Source of the DNA: Octopus sinensis | Taxonomy: Eukaryota | DNA: 64,000 nt | Direction of reading: 5' to 3' | Assembly (NCBI RefSeq): GCF_006345805.1 | Contig: NC_043014.1 | Coordinates: forward strand, 29,698,001-29,762,000 | Shown: one piece after another, positions 27,878 through 42,379 of the stretch | Layout: each line of letters starts with the position of its first letter | Position numbering within the stretch: the first letter of the stretch is position 1 | The notes under the pieces: model-generated | Database searches by the model: none | Seen by the model: the letters and a program-made list of their open reading frames with translations, nothing else | Told to the model about the DNA's origin: nothing | Position numbers and translations under genes: made by a program

Positions 27878-28135
27878 AAAAAGATCAACAGGCCTTCTTA
27901 AGCCATAGGCTCATAAAGCTGGTTTCTCAGATTCTGTGGTGTATATATCCACCCCTCTCTTGAACAGGACACCAGTCTGTTGCAGTATTACTCATTTTTA
28001 CCAGCTGAGTGGACTGGAGCAATGTGAAATGAAGTGTCTTGCTCATGAACACAACACATCACCTGATCTAGAAATCAAAACCATAATTTTACAATCATGA
28101 GTGCAACAACCTAACTACTAAGCTACACACTTCTA
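27878..28135 (-). mobile_element. tRNA-derived SINE family D
   Basis: Reverse complement reads GCTTAGTAGTTAGG..GCACTCATGAT..GCAAGACACTTCATTTCACATTGCTCCAGTCCACTCAGCTGG; similar copies at about 10640-10830(-), 38518-38730(+) and 58278-58500(+). Confidence 0.8.
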
Positions 28136-29169
28136 AATAGTACTGATTACATTACCCAAATGTATTATTGTTTCAGATGTGTGTTAAATTTGACTAAGTC
28201 AGTGTTACACTTGAAATGTAGGAGCTCTGATAACCATATTGCTGTCAGCACTACCCTCATGGTGTATATATTCTAGAAAATAGGTTATTATAGGCTATAC
28301 TTTTGTAAACATTTTGTAAATATTTAGTTAGATTGAAACAACAAAAAGTCCTCATGATTAAAGTTTTCAGCTTTAAACAGAATATCGTTTAATTATAAAT
28401 TAATGTTACTTTGCTTTATCTTATATATAATGAATCTTTTTTTTTTTCTGTTATAACTTTGACAAGCTGAATAATTTATGTCCTTGGAGGATTAAGTGTT
28501 GCAATGATAAAGGGTAGATACATGTATAAAATATTACCAAAGTTATATACTAGTTAAATTAGTGTTAACATACTAAATGCAAGGTGCATTTTAAAGCTAA
28601 TTCAAAGTAGCTTTAAAATGAATGATTTTTTTCTTCCTAATATATCTGCAAGTATGGGAGAAAAGTATGGGCATATTTTGGTCTTATTTTGACCTCATCA
28701 TAGAGAGCACAACCTTCACACTACTGTATGGGGGTAGTGAGGAAAAAGAACATGTAAATGTGCAAGGTTGTGCATAGATTAGTGTTAGGAAATAGAATTG
28801 TAATGAAAAGTTACATCAAAGTAAAATTCTTAGATATTTATCACTTGTTTAATGATTTAGCACTATTCTTTCAGTTAAGAATTTGTTCATAATTTACTGT
28901 ACCAAACCCCTCAAATTATTATTTCTATTATTACTATCAATAGACTTACTTCTCCTTTCTTAAACCTTACTATTAAATACAACTTACCCAAACTTCATAA
29001 TTTTTATAATCCACTTGTTAACGTATGTAGCTGAAGAATTGTATGATGTAGAGGCTAACATTTCTAAGATAGGAATTCAAATGTTAGTCTCTGTTCCAAG
29101 ATGTATCTCACAGATGCTCTTGGATGCATCATCGGTGATGTTTATGGGTCTTTCAACACCAGACTCCAA

Positions 29170-29720
29170 CTGGAGAAAGACATTAGATAGCTTGCATGCT
29201 ATCTAATGGCTTTCTTGGCTAATTCAGTAATGGAATGTATGGGCCTTCTTTTTGCTGCAGCTGTAACTCCAAGCCTAGTTTGAGTTTTGCAGAGTGAATG
29301 CAACATAAAATTCCAGCAGCCTATTTCAATTAGCTTGCAATGAGCCCACTATCCTTGGTTTCTGTGCTGCTCTACTAGCTCAGAGTATTTGGCAAGATTT
29401 CTTTCATCAGTTCTTCCCAGGGCACAGTCAATTCCTACATGAACACCTGTTTGGTGGATTTTGAGATGATAGCTATGTTTGGGAAGATGTCATTGGTATG
29501 ATGTGCACTTGGAAACACTCAGATCCTCTCAGCTACCAATCTGGGGCTGCGGAAAGTAAGCACAGTTGTTGATGTTTCAGAAAACCAGGCTTCTCTCCAG
29601 CTTTGAGAAAAGTGATATCTCTTTCCTGGGATGATGTTAACTGGACTGAATAACAGTTGTTACCATCCGTGCAATCATCTTGATCTCCTGGCCATGTCAC
29701 CATTAACAGGTTTGTTAAGG
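29170..29720 (-). mobile_element. Non-LTR retrotransposon relic with restriction-like endonuclease C-terminus (R2/HERO/NeSL-like)
   Basis: Minus translation PNIAIISKSTKQVFM*ELTVPWEE...AKYSELVEQHRNQGxWAHCKLIEIGCWNF matches the REL pattern PD..ELTVPWE..KY..L..GW...IEVG. Confidence 0.75.
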
Positions 29721-30176
29721 CTTTGGGGCAGCTATTGAAGAGATGGTGAAGGGTCACTCTTTTAGTACATAAGGGACAGCTGGTGTTTTACTGCTATAAG
29801 TGATGAACAAATAAATAGACATCTATATTTCTTTTCTATTTCTTTTGAATTTCTTATAAATTTGTTTTTAGATTTTATAAAAAGTGAACAATTTTCACTT
29901 GCGATGTGATGTTTTTGATAAGAAATCGTGTTAGATAATGAAGAATGGGGATAGTATTGTTTGTCTTTCTGTTGGATGAACTTTTTAACTCACAATTTTT
30001 TATTTCCATTAAAGAATTTTATTTTAGGTATTGTTTTCAGATAGAAGCATTTACTAGTACGAGCTTAAGACAGTCTGTTTAGAAATTTACGCATGAATAA
30101 CAATTTGTCCACTCTCTCCATCATATGAAATTGTTTTAGATGAAATATTTTATCTTCATTTTTTTTTCCTTTTCAG

Positions 30177-30224
30177 CTTGTACCATTTCATGCTTACAAA
30201 AAGCAGAAAACCCAAGGGTAAATG
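30177..30224 (+). other. Candidate 48-nt exon of host transcript
   Basis: Very strong acceptor TTTTTTTTTCCTTTTCAG| and donor ATG|GTAAGT. Confidence 0.6.
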
Positions 30225-31562
30225 GTAAGTTCAATATTTTTCACATTAAACTTTTTTGCCACAGTAACTTAATGATGTATTTGATTTCATGTTAAAAGGA
30301 TAGCTTTTTTTTTTTTTTTCCTGCTCCCATTGTTACAACCTTTTCTACTTTAGGCTCTACTTTAACAATCCTCCACCCCAGTTATAAGTGATATAAAATT
30401 ACATTTCAAGATATTCTTTTTAAATTCACTCCACTTTCTTTTTAATAGTTTCTTAATTTCACAACAAATGCATTTTCAATCAGTCAACATTTGCTTTCAG
30501 AATTTCTTTTGGCTTTTTATATTTAAGTTTTTGCTTTTTATTTTCTTTCTTTTTTTTATCACTGGTAATATTGTTTCAACAGATTAGAATAATTCTATGA
30601 TGTACTCTTATTTCTCCTAAAACTATTTCTCTTTTATATTACTAAAAATTTATTGTGGGCTGCAATTAGGAAAAGTAGAATCTCACTGTTTTTATATTGG
30701 AATTTAATAGATCTGAACTTACATCATATTTCTTGAGAAATTATGTTAATATTAAGAAAACGTAAAAAGCACTTGAGAGCATAAGATATGTTAAATCCAT
30801 TTGAAATTGACAGGAAATATTTGTTCCCAATGAAATAAATAATTCATCATTCCATATATCGTTGAGTCAGGATTAATGACAGAGTGAAGTAGTAGTAGTT
30901 ATTGTTGAATAACCTTGAGCTTATCAGGTGGGAGACGAAGATTAATTGCAAAGAGTGGATGGCCATGGTTTGAGAGCAAAATCAGACTGTGTTGTAATAA
31001 AAAAAAATTTTTTAAAAACCCTAATGGTTTTGTTTTTATTCAAATTTTGGACATTTCTCAACTGTATAATTTAAGACTTATTACCTTTGGGGGTTTCTAT
31101 ATGCAGTTAATTTATTCCTTATTACTTCTCATGGTTTAAATACGACTGAAATACATGTAAGTTCAAATTTTGATCTTATAGAGACTGAAGTGATTATTAA
31201 CTGAGGGTTCTTAAATAAATAGATATTTACAGTAACTTAATAAATATCGGTGGTGAAATCAGTTGTAACAGTAGTTAGCATAGAATGGTTGACATTAGTT
31301 TCTCTTTTCAATTTAAATTACATTATTTGTCATACTATAATAGTGAAAGTTTGCGCTTCAATCAGTTTGCATATACTTTTTTTCTTTTGAACTGTAGCCA
31401 AGCTGGATCCTTATCTTCTAGGATTTTACCGGGTCACATCAATTTCTGATACCACTTATTTTATTGATCTCTGTTTGTCAAATGAATAAGTTCCTTTTTG
31501 ATGTAAAAGGATTCAACTCGATATGTTGTTTTAAACTAGTGCTTGTGGACACAGACACACAT

Positions 31563-31595
<33 letters not shown>

Positions 31596-33967
31596 ATAAT
31601 TTCCATCTACTAAATTATTTTCATAATGTATTGGTCAAGCTAAGACTACAATGTAAACTACCCATAGCCACAGACATCTTAACCACATAGCTATGCCGGC
31701 TCTCTATGTGATTCATGCAATCATTGTAACTTTACAAATATTCACAGTAAATGTTAATCTGGAATAATGTATATGCAATGTATATAATCACATTTAATCA
31801 GCCCACATCTCCATCTTTAGTCATTCTAAAATATTTTTATTATAATGGAACTTACGTAAATATAGTTATATGTAACTGAAATAATGCTAGCAATTTCTAT
31901 ACCACCTATTGCACCTTCTCTAAGTAACTTATACCTCACGCCATCTCATACACCAACCTTCATTCTGAAAGAATGAAAGAGAAAGTGTAAAAGAAGAGAG
32001 AAGAGTTGTTTATTGGCAAACAAGACTTTTTACTGGTCTCAATAAGGGAGCCATTGCATGGTTGCTTGATCTGCTGGAAATTGCAACCAGAATTTTAAAT
32101 TACATCCTTCTATCTTCAATAATGTATTGGAAATGTAGTCTTGATGAGCAAAAAGACAGAATAGTCATGATGAGAATGTCTTTTATTTTAGGTCTGTTTG
32201 ATATAAACAATAACAGCAAGTATCTTTGCATTGAATCAAGTTTACTTCTAGTATTTAGAAATAGTAGCAAAATTTCCCTCAACACACACACTACCAGCTT
32301 AAATTAGGAAAGGCAACGTTAGATTATGTAGACTTGTATATGAAAAAAAGATGAAGTAATAATGACATAAACTAGGAATAAAAGTATATGCATTTATCTG
32401 TTTAAGAATTTACTTTCATTTAGTCTAGATATATTTATCTCCCTTGTTAAATAAACATAACTAAACTTATTTCTTCAATATACTGATGGAATGTAAAATT
32501 CTAGATTTTCTTTTAAACCCTGCAAGTCCCTCTCTCAGCTTATTTCTTTTCGTGCAATGTGTGTGTGTGTGAGACAGAGAGAAGTGGGATTTTAAAAATA
32601 TTTTTCTGATAGTTCACAAAATGTTTTGGCTACATTTTCAAATATGGTGCATGGTAAGAATAATAATTTATCACCCTAACTATGTACACACTCCTGTATT
32701 TTGTGTATGTGAACAATACAGCTGTAACGAACCTCTAGTGCTTGTTCAGGAAATGTTAGCAGTAACTGCCGCACTAAGTTTGTGTGTAATGTCAGACGGA
32801 GGAAATAGAAATAATACTTATTTATCAGCTATGTTTCTTAACTATCAGACTCTATGAAAACTTCTATGTAAACACTTGATCTGCTAAAAATAGTGGCCAA
32901 ATTTCTCTGAAGTTACATCCTACCATCTTTAAAAAGACTTAGTGGGTAATGGAATCTTAGAATACTATGTCTGATTTAAAGATTGGATGGTCATAGCTGG
33001 AATGTCTTTGTTATAAGTCTGTTGGATTAGTGTTAAACCTAAGGCTAAAGAACAACACTTAACAATCAATTCATACTTTTGACCCATGTCATATTCTTGT
33101 CTCTCTTATAAAGAAATTAATGGGTGTAATGTAGTCACTATTCTTATAATCTTTTAAATTATTATTATATTATTTATCCAGTAGACGACAACTAGTAAAT
33201 CTTCTAATTTGCTGCCAATACATTATTATTGATTTGACAAAGAATATCATTTTTTGCTTGAATCCTTTTGCCCATTTCAAATTTTTCATTTTGTTATGAC
33301 ATCACGGCAAATAAATAAATTTCAGGATTTGAGCATTGTTTAAAAAATGTCAAGGGTTACAAAAGAATTGTCAATAGATATGTGACTGGAGTTCTTACTG
33401 ATTTAGTATTTATCTAATTCAAATTAACTGTTTTTAACTCTTTTGATTTCAAGGGCTGAATTTATGAAGTGTTCTCTTAGAAAGAAGCTCTCATACTTTG
33501 CATGTATTTTGTTGAAATCTAGTACCAGCTGGTTACACTTAGCACATGACTATTTATATCTTTTATAACTGACCTCCATCTGGGAGCCAATCAACTGCTC
33601 TATTGATTTGTGTGTGTATATGCGCATGCATAAACATGCACACACACACACATACTCACATACATGCGCTTTCTATTATTTTCAAAATTCAAGCTGTGGC
33701 ATGTTAATTTAACTGCATAAAGTAATATAATGTGGTCTTTGCGATTAACTGTCAGTTTTACATTATTGCACTTACTTTCTTCTAGTATTTGTTTATTTAT
33801 TTTATTTATATTTTGAAACATTTTATTATTTTAGGTTTGGTTTTTATTTTGTTAAATATTCCCATTTTTGGCTCATAATTATGCTGATGTTTGACCATGA
33901 TGTCTAACTTTTTAAATTCCAATCTACCTCCAACAAGCCAGATTTTGGTCTAATTATACCTTTACAT

Positions 33968-34228
33968 TAGAAGGCTGCATCGGCCCAGTCTGATCTGGCA
34001 GTGTTTCTACTGCTGGATGCCCTTCTTAACGCCAACCACTCCGTGAGTGTAGTGGGTGCTTTTTACGTGCCACCGGCACAGGTGCCAGACGGAGCTGGCA
34101 AACAGCCACGGACGGATGGTGCTTTTTACGTGCCACCGGCACGGGGGCCAGGCGAGGCTGGCAAACGGCCACGGACGGATGATGGTGCTTTTTACGTGCC
34201 ACCGGCACGGGGGCCAGGCGAGGTGGCA
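33968..34228 (-). mobile_element. SINE family E with internal triplication of a 63-66 bp unit
   Basis: GGTGCTTTTTACGTGCCACCGGCAC..GCCAG..GCTGGCAAAC..CCACGGACGGAT repeated three times (about 34056-34228). Confidence 0.85.
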
Positions 34229-35294
34229 GTACAAGTTAGTCACTGATCTGTCAGGTTTTCTTCCATTCAAACTTATTCCCTTCATATATCCTTAAAAGGA
34301 AAGAAAGTTACATGATAGGAATTTTTGTTTTTTTAAAAGGAAATGTTCTTAAACCTTTTTTAAAAACTATTGTAAGATATAATGTACAAATGAGTGGAAT
34401 AATCACCAAATATATATATACTAATTGAGATTAGGAGAGTTATTTAGATTCACCCTGATCAAAAGGGGTGGTTGTGACTATAAGATGGTGGTGTTATCAA
34501 GTAAGTATAAAGTGAAAGTAGTGAAAAGATCTAGGATAGGTGCAGTCATAGCTGTGTGGTAAGAAGTTTGCTTCCCAACCACATAGCACTTTGGGTATGT
34601 CAGTCAAGGTCCTGTGGGAAACTGAAAGAACGTGTATCTTAATGTTTATGCTTATGTTCCCCACTCCCTGTTTGACAACTGGTGTTAGTTTGTTTATGTC
34701 CCTGTAACTTAGCAATTCAGCATAAGAAACTGATAGAATTAGTATCAGGCTTTTAAAAAAAGTATTGAAGTCGATTCACTTGACTAAACCCTTCAAGGTG
34801 GTACCCCAGCATGGCCATAGGCCAGTGTCTGAAACAAGTAAAAAAAAAGGTTTAGAGAAAAGAATGCAATTGTAATTAGAGCATATTCTTTATGTTTAAA
34901 TTTAGAAGTAGTAGGGATTTACTTAGATGTTTAATACTAGTCCAATAGGTTTTTAAGTATTTCTTGCTTGGTACAAACAAAATATCAAACTACAAAATGG
35001 AAAAGCTTTATTCTTGGTTAAATACTGAGAAACTAAGCACACACAATAAAGGGAGAGAATTAGGCAATTTAACAACATTGTCTCTTGGTTGCTGTTTTGT
35101 GTACAAGTTAATCACTGATCTGTCAGGTTTTCTTCCATTCAAACTTATTATTCCCTTCATATATCCTTAAAAGAAAAAGGAAAGAAAAAAGTTACATGAT
35201 AGGAATTTTCGTTTTTTTAAAAGGAAATGCTCTTAAACCTTTTTTTTAAACTATTGTAAGATGTAATGTACTAATGAGTGGAATAATCACCAAA
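34229..35294. repeat. Local direct duplication of about 185 bp (34229-34410 and 35101-35294)
   Basis: Both begin GTACAAGTTA(G/A)TCACTGATCTGTCAGGTTTTCTTCCATTCAAAC and end GAGTGGAATAATCACCAAA; a family B SINE (34538-34845) lies between them. Confidence 0.92.
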
Positions 35295-37158
35295 CTTGTT
35301 AAAAATATATATTCTGTAATTACTTTGGCTTTTGATTTTCTTTTAAAATGATTAAAAGTAGCTTAAATATGAAATTTTATAAATCAGTTACTCTATTTTA
35401 ATGGTATAAGATCTTAAGCTATGCACTTTATTACAATCTGTTGTAATAATAATGACTGGACCTGTCAATCTGTCATGCACACATATGCTGGTGCATGTGC
35501 ACACATGTATAAGCTGGTGCATATGCACACAAACACACTATTTCATTGATCTCTGTTCTGTCCATGGTATTGTATCTGCCAGCACAATTCTCTCTCTCTC
35601 TTTGTCAGTGTGTGTACATTGTTAATCATCTTTTAGCAAGGTGGAAAGGTAGTGCTCATGACCCTTTACAAGGTCTTTGATAAGAGAGAAGAAAGGCGTC
35701 ATCAAACAAGAGATGTGACCAGAATGCTTGCAATGGAGTTAACTTCTAGAGGCACTCAAAGCTCAAGTGGTATTGAGTCTACCACCCAAATGTAGGATTT
35801 CAACTCAAATTGTAGTTCTGGAACAAATACAAGCAATCCATCCTGATGTTCTTACAGTTCTACTAATCCATTACTCTGGATTGCTATATTTTTTTTTTAT
35901 TTCATTTTTATTTTTTATTGACTCAAAAGAAGATGAAGGGTGAAGTTAAACTTGATGGCATTTACGCTCAGTGCAAAGAAACAGAACAAATACTGCAAGA
36001 CATTCTATCCAATTCTCTAACAGCTGTACTAATTCAACTAATTCAAAACACAAACACACAGGTACCTTGTAGCATTCATTCTGACCCTTTGCGATCAATA
36101 TTATCTCTCTCTCTCTCTCTAAGAAATTGACTGTGGTTTAGTCTGAAGGTATGTGGAGAAGGAGGCGTTTTTTCAGATTTAGATCCCCAAGAAACATTAT
36201 ATATTATGACTAGTGCTATCTTAAGGTAGGTGCTCTGGCTGTTGCAGCACCACACCCCAGGAGGTATATGGGCCCATTAATATAATTTGATTAAATATCA
36301 GTTGTAGTGAGATGGAGCCTACTTTTTGGGGTACACAGCACCTTGGCTTAGAAGTATGTTTATAATGTTTTGTGTGTGTGTGCACATGCACAATATTATT
36401 CATTTAGTTCATTAAACAATATTTTTGTTACATAAATTTATTTATAACTGTTTGCAGCTGTTGGTAGTAAAATAAAATTGAATGTGGTTCTGCCATTAGT
36501 GCACCTGAGCACCGTATACAATAAGTTCATTATTATATTACACAGCAGTCTGTTTTCTATTCTAATGATTCATCTTGAGATTTATATGATAGTTGTTAAC
36601 TAACTGATTACTCACAAAACTGGGACTGTTCCCACTGACAGTAAATCACATATATACAGTTTTATCAAGTTAAACAGGCATCCAAACTTTAAATTACAGA
36701 ATTGACTAAACAAGTATTCTTTAACCATTGATTTAGGAGAAAAATTTTATAGCTGGTTTAGCCTTTCCATTACTAACTACTGTCTCATGTAGCAACATTT
36801 ACAATTACTTTTCTAGTTGAACTGAGAATAATATTTCTCAGCCAAAGACAACAGCTGTAGAACAGTACACACATAGATAATTTTATATTTTTGAATAAGT
36901 CCAAGACAGTTTTGTGTCATATATGTATGTGTGCTGACGTTTCGAATGACTCCAGCTATAAAAACCTTGCCAAAACTGATCTCACCTGTGCTTGTGCTAC
37001 ATAAAAAACACTTGGTCCACTCTGCTGGGTGGTTGGTATTAGGAAGGGCATCCAGCTATAAAAGCCCCACCAAGACAGACACAAAAGTCTGGTGCAGGTT
37101 CCTCTCAAAGCATCCAATCCATGTCAGCATGGAAAGCAGACATTAAGTGATGATGATG

Positions 37159-37202
<44 letters not shown>

Positions 37203-37262
37203 GTTTGTGTGTGGTGTGTATATATATATATATATACTTACTTTATTTAAAAGCAGCAGAAA

Positions 37263-37321
37263 TTTAACAAAAGCTGTTACTCAGAGTTTCACGTTCCCGT
37301 TCGTCGGACAGTTTTGTTAAA
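37263..37321 (-). ncRNA. Minimal type-I hammerhead ribozyme-like fold (variant core) at a Penelope-like element 3' end
   Basis: Minus-strand RNA UUUAACAAAA-CUGU-CCGACGA-ACG(GGAA)CGU-GAAA-CUC(U)GAG-UA-ACAG-C-UUUUGUUAAA: long stem I, CUGANGA-like core, stem II with GNRA loop, GAAA, palindromic stem III and a GUA triplet, followed by AATAAA and (TA)n. Confidence 0.7.
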
Positions 37322-39329
37322 ATAGAACCGAGATGACAATTCTATCAAGACTAGTATAAACGTTACACCTTTAAAAATGGATTTGTTTGATTTGTCCTTT
37401 CAGATAACAGTCATATAATAAATGAGTTCAATATAAAATTATAAAAATCGAGGAAAAACCTTAAATCAAAGATTTGATTCAAATACATATTGTCATTAAT
37501 TATGTTGAAATTAAAATCATCATCATCATCGTTTAGCGTCCGTTTTCCATGCTAGCATGGGTTGGACAAAATATATTTAAATATTTCACAACAGTACATA
37601 CTCATACTAAACCTTCAATATACATGTATACATCAAAATACACAGATAGATGTGCGCAGACCACATACATATACAGACATATAAATACAAGACAAAAATA
37701 TACACACAAATACATGTACACATATGTATAGGCAATCTTGCTCGCATGCAAAAAATCACTTGGTGTTTACATATAAACTATAAGCATGATCTAATTATCT
37801 CAGTATATATTAAATCTTTGTTTCATTCTGCAAGTTGCCTCTTTCCTATTACTGAGCAACATTCATGATATCATTTTATGTCATTGAGTTCAGGCTATCA
37901 TTTTAAATTCTACTATCTCACTACTTAGCTGGGATGAAAACATAAAGTAAAAGCTAATAAGAACTTCAATTTTATCCGTACAATATTGTGATGACTAAGT
38001 TACTGAACATTGAACTAAATTTCATTCAGCAGTGACTCAACGGTTACATGTCAACTTAACCCATCCAATGCACAGTTTGACAACCACTGATATAGAGTAT
38101 ATAGCTTTGTTTAATATTACTCTAGGTTTAAATTCTCTGCAGACAGATTTTCTTTGAAGAATATCAGTTTTATTTGTGAACGTTGTAACCTTTACCCAGG
38201 ATTAAAAAAAAAAGAAGCAATTACTTTCATGATAATAAGAATTTAAGCAGTATATTTTTTTAAAATATCAATATTTCAATAGCTTTCAGAAAAAAAGCTG
38301 TTTAACATAACAACTAGAGTTTCATAATTGATTAAAAGTATTTGTTGGAATGCGAAATATGTAAATTTAGTGAATATAATATTTACAAAAATGGAATTGC
38401 TATATCTCACATGCATACATGCACACACTCATGAAGAATCAATGTTGTGCAAGAGGTAATCCAATGGTATAACATAATTCAAGAATTAAAGTACTCCAAA
38501 GTATTGGTCAGATTAACGATATGGCTTAGTGGTTAAGGTTTTGGATTCATGATCATAAGATTGTGGTTTCAGTCCTTTAACTGGGTACTGAATTGTATCC
38601 TTGGCCAAGGCACATCATTTCATGTTGCTCCCGTCTACTTAGTTGAAACTGAGTACCATCCATCCAACTAACCAACCAAGTGTTGGCGCAACCCTTTCTC
38701 CCATTAGCTGTCACACCTTCAGTGTTCCACTGTGACAAGGGAAGAATGGCAAGAGGGAGTTCTGTGTCTGCTTGTAACTACATAAGCACCAAAAGAAATT
38801 ACCAGAAGTCTGATACAATCAATCAAGTCATACTAGCTTGCAGATGACAGTTAAGCAAAACATGTGTGATCATGTGTGTGTAATCATCATCACCTTTATG
38901 ACCCATGCTAACATAGGTTACAGAAATTATTGAAACAGATTTTTTCTACAACCAGATGCCCTTCCTGTCATCAACCCTCACCTGTTTGCAATCAAGTTAA
39001 TAATTTCCCATGGATGACTAGAAACAAATAACATCACTTGTATGACAGTGGTACTTATGTATAGTTGTCATGTGATGTCGAGACAACACACATGCACGGT
39101 GAGCTTCTTTCAGTTTCCATCTACTATATCCACTCACAAGACTTTAGTCAGCTCAGGTCTCAGATAGAAAACATTTGCAAAACCACATAGTTGGGAAGTA
39201 GTCTTCTCAACGACACAGCTTCACCTGCATTTACGGCCATAACTCTGTGTGTGAAGGACACTTCTTGCTTAGATGTCGCAGTTTTGCCATGGTTTCTATA
39301 GTTGTATATCCTTCCTAACATTAACCGTT

Positions 39330-40050
39330 TTACAGTGTGCTGGCTGCATTTTTTTTTATGGCACTAGCACTAGAGAGGTTGTTATACTTTTGGCAAGACT
39401 AAAGAGTTTTTCTCAATTGTGCATTGTCTCTTCTAGATTTGCCAACCATTTTACAGTACCTGACTGTACCAATACTAATGAGGTCACCTTGTAACTCACA
39501 AGACTTTAGACTTGTGAACCCTTACAACTGAGAAGGAGAATGGGAGAGAGAGCATGACTTTTGTCGATATGGAATGAGGTTAAAGTATGATGAGAGGAAA
39601 CGATTTATTGTTGTGAGAAGGTAGTAGTGGAGTGTGACAAAGGTAACAATGTTGAGTGTCAGGTTTTAGAGAATTAGAGTTACAAGGATGATGGACTCAG
39701 TTGAATAGGAGATCATTGCTGTCCCTCATAAAGATAACATGTCCAAGAAATTAAATAGAAGAGAGTGTAGTAACAGAAGTATTTAGAAGAGTGGGTGAAA
39801 GTTGCAAGAATGTGGGTGATGGTTAGAAATATGAGTAGAGGGGGTCTTAGCTAAATAGGAGTGGAGATGGTCTAAAGTAAATGGGAGTGAAGGTAGTTGA
39901 TGGTAAAAAGAGATAAAGGTGGCTGATAGTAAATAGGCTTGGAAGTGGTCAATGGTAAATATGGTTTGGGTTGGTTGATGGCAAGAGTGAGAGATAACCA
40001 ACAATAAGAATGACTCAGAGGAGAGGAAGTGATGACTGATAGTAATGAAA
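39330..40050 (-). mobile_element. Very degraded Penelope-like or LINE relic
   Basis: Strongly purine-skewed plus strand, giving H/P/S/L-rich minus frames typical of PLE RT/linker regions; no clean motif. Confidence 0.3.
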
Positions 40051-41029
40051 GGGTAATGTTATGTAGAAGCAGGTTCTGTTTTCGTTAATTAGTTTCATAT
40101 TATGCAGATACAGGAGTGAATGAAGAGGGATGAACAACAGGAAAATGAGACGGGGAAGCAAATGTAGAATTACAGGAACATATTAAATGAGGGTCCCAAA
40201 TATTAGCATGCCTATACACAAGTACTTTATCTTCATTATCATCATCATCTCTATTTTCATGTTTGTATGGATCAGATGACAATACGTTTTCTATGGCCAG
40301 ATGTCTTTCCTGTTGCCAATCCCCACTTGTTTCCAAGTGAGATAATAATCTCCCAGTCTATCAGGCAACAAACATCTCAGACATGTTTACATAACATTGT
40401 ATGAACAAGCCTTTTTGTTTACAAAGATTGTGCTGCATGTAAAGACCTGTCATGAAGCTTGGGTGTGCTTTCATGGTGAACTACAAGCAAACCACAATAT
40501 TAGCAAAGCCATTATTTACAATCAACAAATGATCACATATGTAAGCAAGAGAAATATAATCTTATGCAAAAACAAACACACACAGACATATAATTTTTTG
40601 TACACATGCATGTGTGCACAATAGGTTTCTTTTACTTTCCATCTACCAAATAATTTACTCTCAAGGTTGATCACTACCATCATTTCCAACATTGCTTTCA
40701 CCATGCATGCGCAGGTTCCATCTACTTCAAACACCTTGCATGTCTTTATATAGCTGTCATTTTCTATATGCTTCACTTGCTCATGGCAACAGTCTTATCT
40801 CTTGAACACTATATCTGATTTTTTTAGGCCTAGGTTTTCTCTGTACTTCATTCATGCATGGTGGCATAACATGTCCGACAGATCATTCTTGTTTAATTTC
40901 TTCCTAGTCTTTGCAAGTCTTCTACATTCAAGGCCAATATCTTACTGTTATGCAGTATTGCAGTTCATACCCAATCATTATAAAATCTGCATTTAACTTT
41001 GAAGGAGAAACATTTTGTTGACAACTGAG

Positions 41030-41303
41030 TTAATAGCTGCTTGGTCTTGTGCTAGTGGCACATAAAAAGCACCAACTGATCGTGGCCATTGCCAGCATCT
41101 TTTGGCCCCTGTGCCGGTGGCACGTAAAAAGCACCCACTACATTCACAGAGTGGTTGGCGTTAGGAAGGGCATCCAGCTGTAGAAACACTACCAGATCAG
41201 ACTGGAGCCTGGTGCAGCCTCCAGGCTTCCCAGACCCCGGTCAAACCGTCCAACCCATGCTAGCATGGAAAACGGACGTTAAACGATGATGATGATGATG
41301 ATG
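41030..41303 (+). mobile_element. SINE family E, young copy
   Basis: TGGTTGGCGTTAGGAAGGGCATCCAGCTGTAGAAAC...GGAAAACGGACGTTAAACGATGATGATGATG. Confidence 0.88.
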
Positions 41304-42379
41304 ACTGGGTATGCTGTATAGAGGTCCTACCTACATTTTTCTGTATACCTGCCTAGGTCATACCCTTGAAATCAAAATACTGCCCATTTTTCTACTTACT
41401 AATACTTTAGTCTTTGCTCAGACAATTTTGAAGTCTTACACACCTAAATACACACACACCATCATCATCATCATTATCATCATCATCACTGTTTAATTTC
41501 CACATTTAATGCTTTCATGATCTGATGGAATTTGTTGTGGCAAAGTTTCTACAGCCACATGTTCTTCCTGTTGCAGCCCTCGCCTGTTTCCAAGCAAGGT
41601 AATATTTCCCCATTGCCAGATACAGCTTTTATGGAAGACTGGAAACAAACAACATCACCTATATGACAGTGATGCTTGTTTACATTTGTCACTTACTATC
41701 AAGACAAGGGTACAAGCAAATGCGCAGGTGCAAGCATGTACGCACAAACACACACTATATACAAATATACACACACACACATATCTGGACACAAGTGGTT
41801 GAACAAACAAAAGAAAATAACATTCAGCACATTTGGTTTGCTGCAGTTATATGTATTTAATAACAGTTTTTACTCAGCTCCACATTACTTATGGTTTTGT
41901 GAGCATAAGACACATTGATTACATCAGATGTTCAGAGAAGAGTGGGGAGAGTTTGATAAATTTAAAATTACTTTTAATTATACTTTTAATTATTTAGGTC
42001 TCCATTGTTCAGGTCACATGATTGTTTATGGTCTCAAGTGGTGTCAGTTATTGTTAAGTTCACATGGTGCAGACAAGATGTTTGTGTCAATTTGTCAACA
42101 TTCTGCAGGAATATAAGTATTCAATGGCATCAATCCTTTACATTGGACACTGTACATAGTAGAGTAGGCAAAATGTTGGTGTCATTCGGTCATCATTCTA
42201 TAAAGTGTGGTATCTTAGTGGCAGAAGCTATCATGTGGAAGGTGACCAATTTGATGATATTGTGTTACAAATGAACTTGCATGACCAACATGGTGCAGCT
42301 ATATTCTCTACAAGCACCAGAAATTGTATAGTGTCACATGTGGGTCACGTGATACATCCAGATTATCAGTTCTTAAAGG

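Noticed and set aside
34286-34296. U12-type AT-AC donor ATATCCTT (also about 35161)
   Set aside because: Imperfect consensus within a duplicated segment, with no supporting exon or matching acceptor.
36935-36960. Second hammerhead-like motif (GACGTTTCG)
   Set aside because: The CUGANGA core is incomplete and the context is a SINE.
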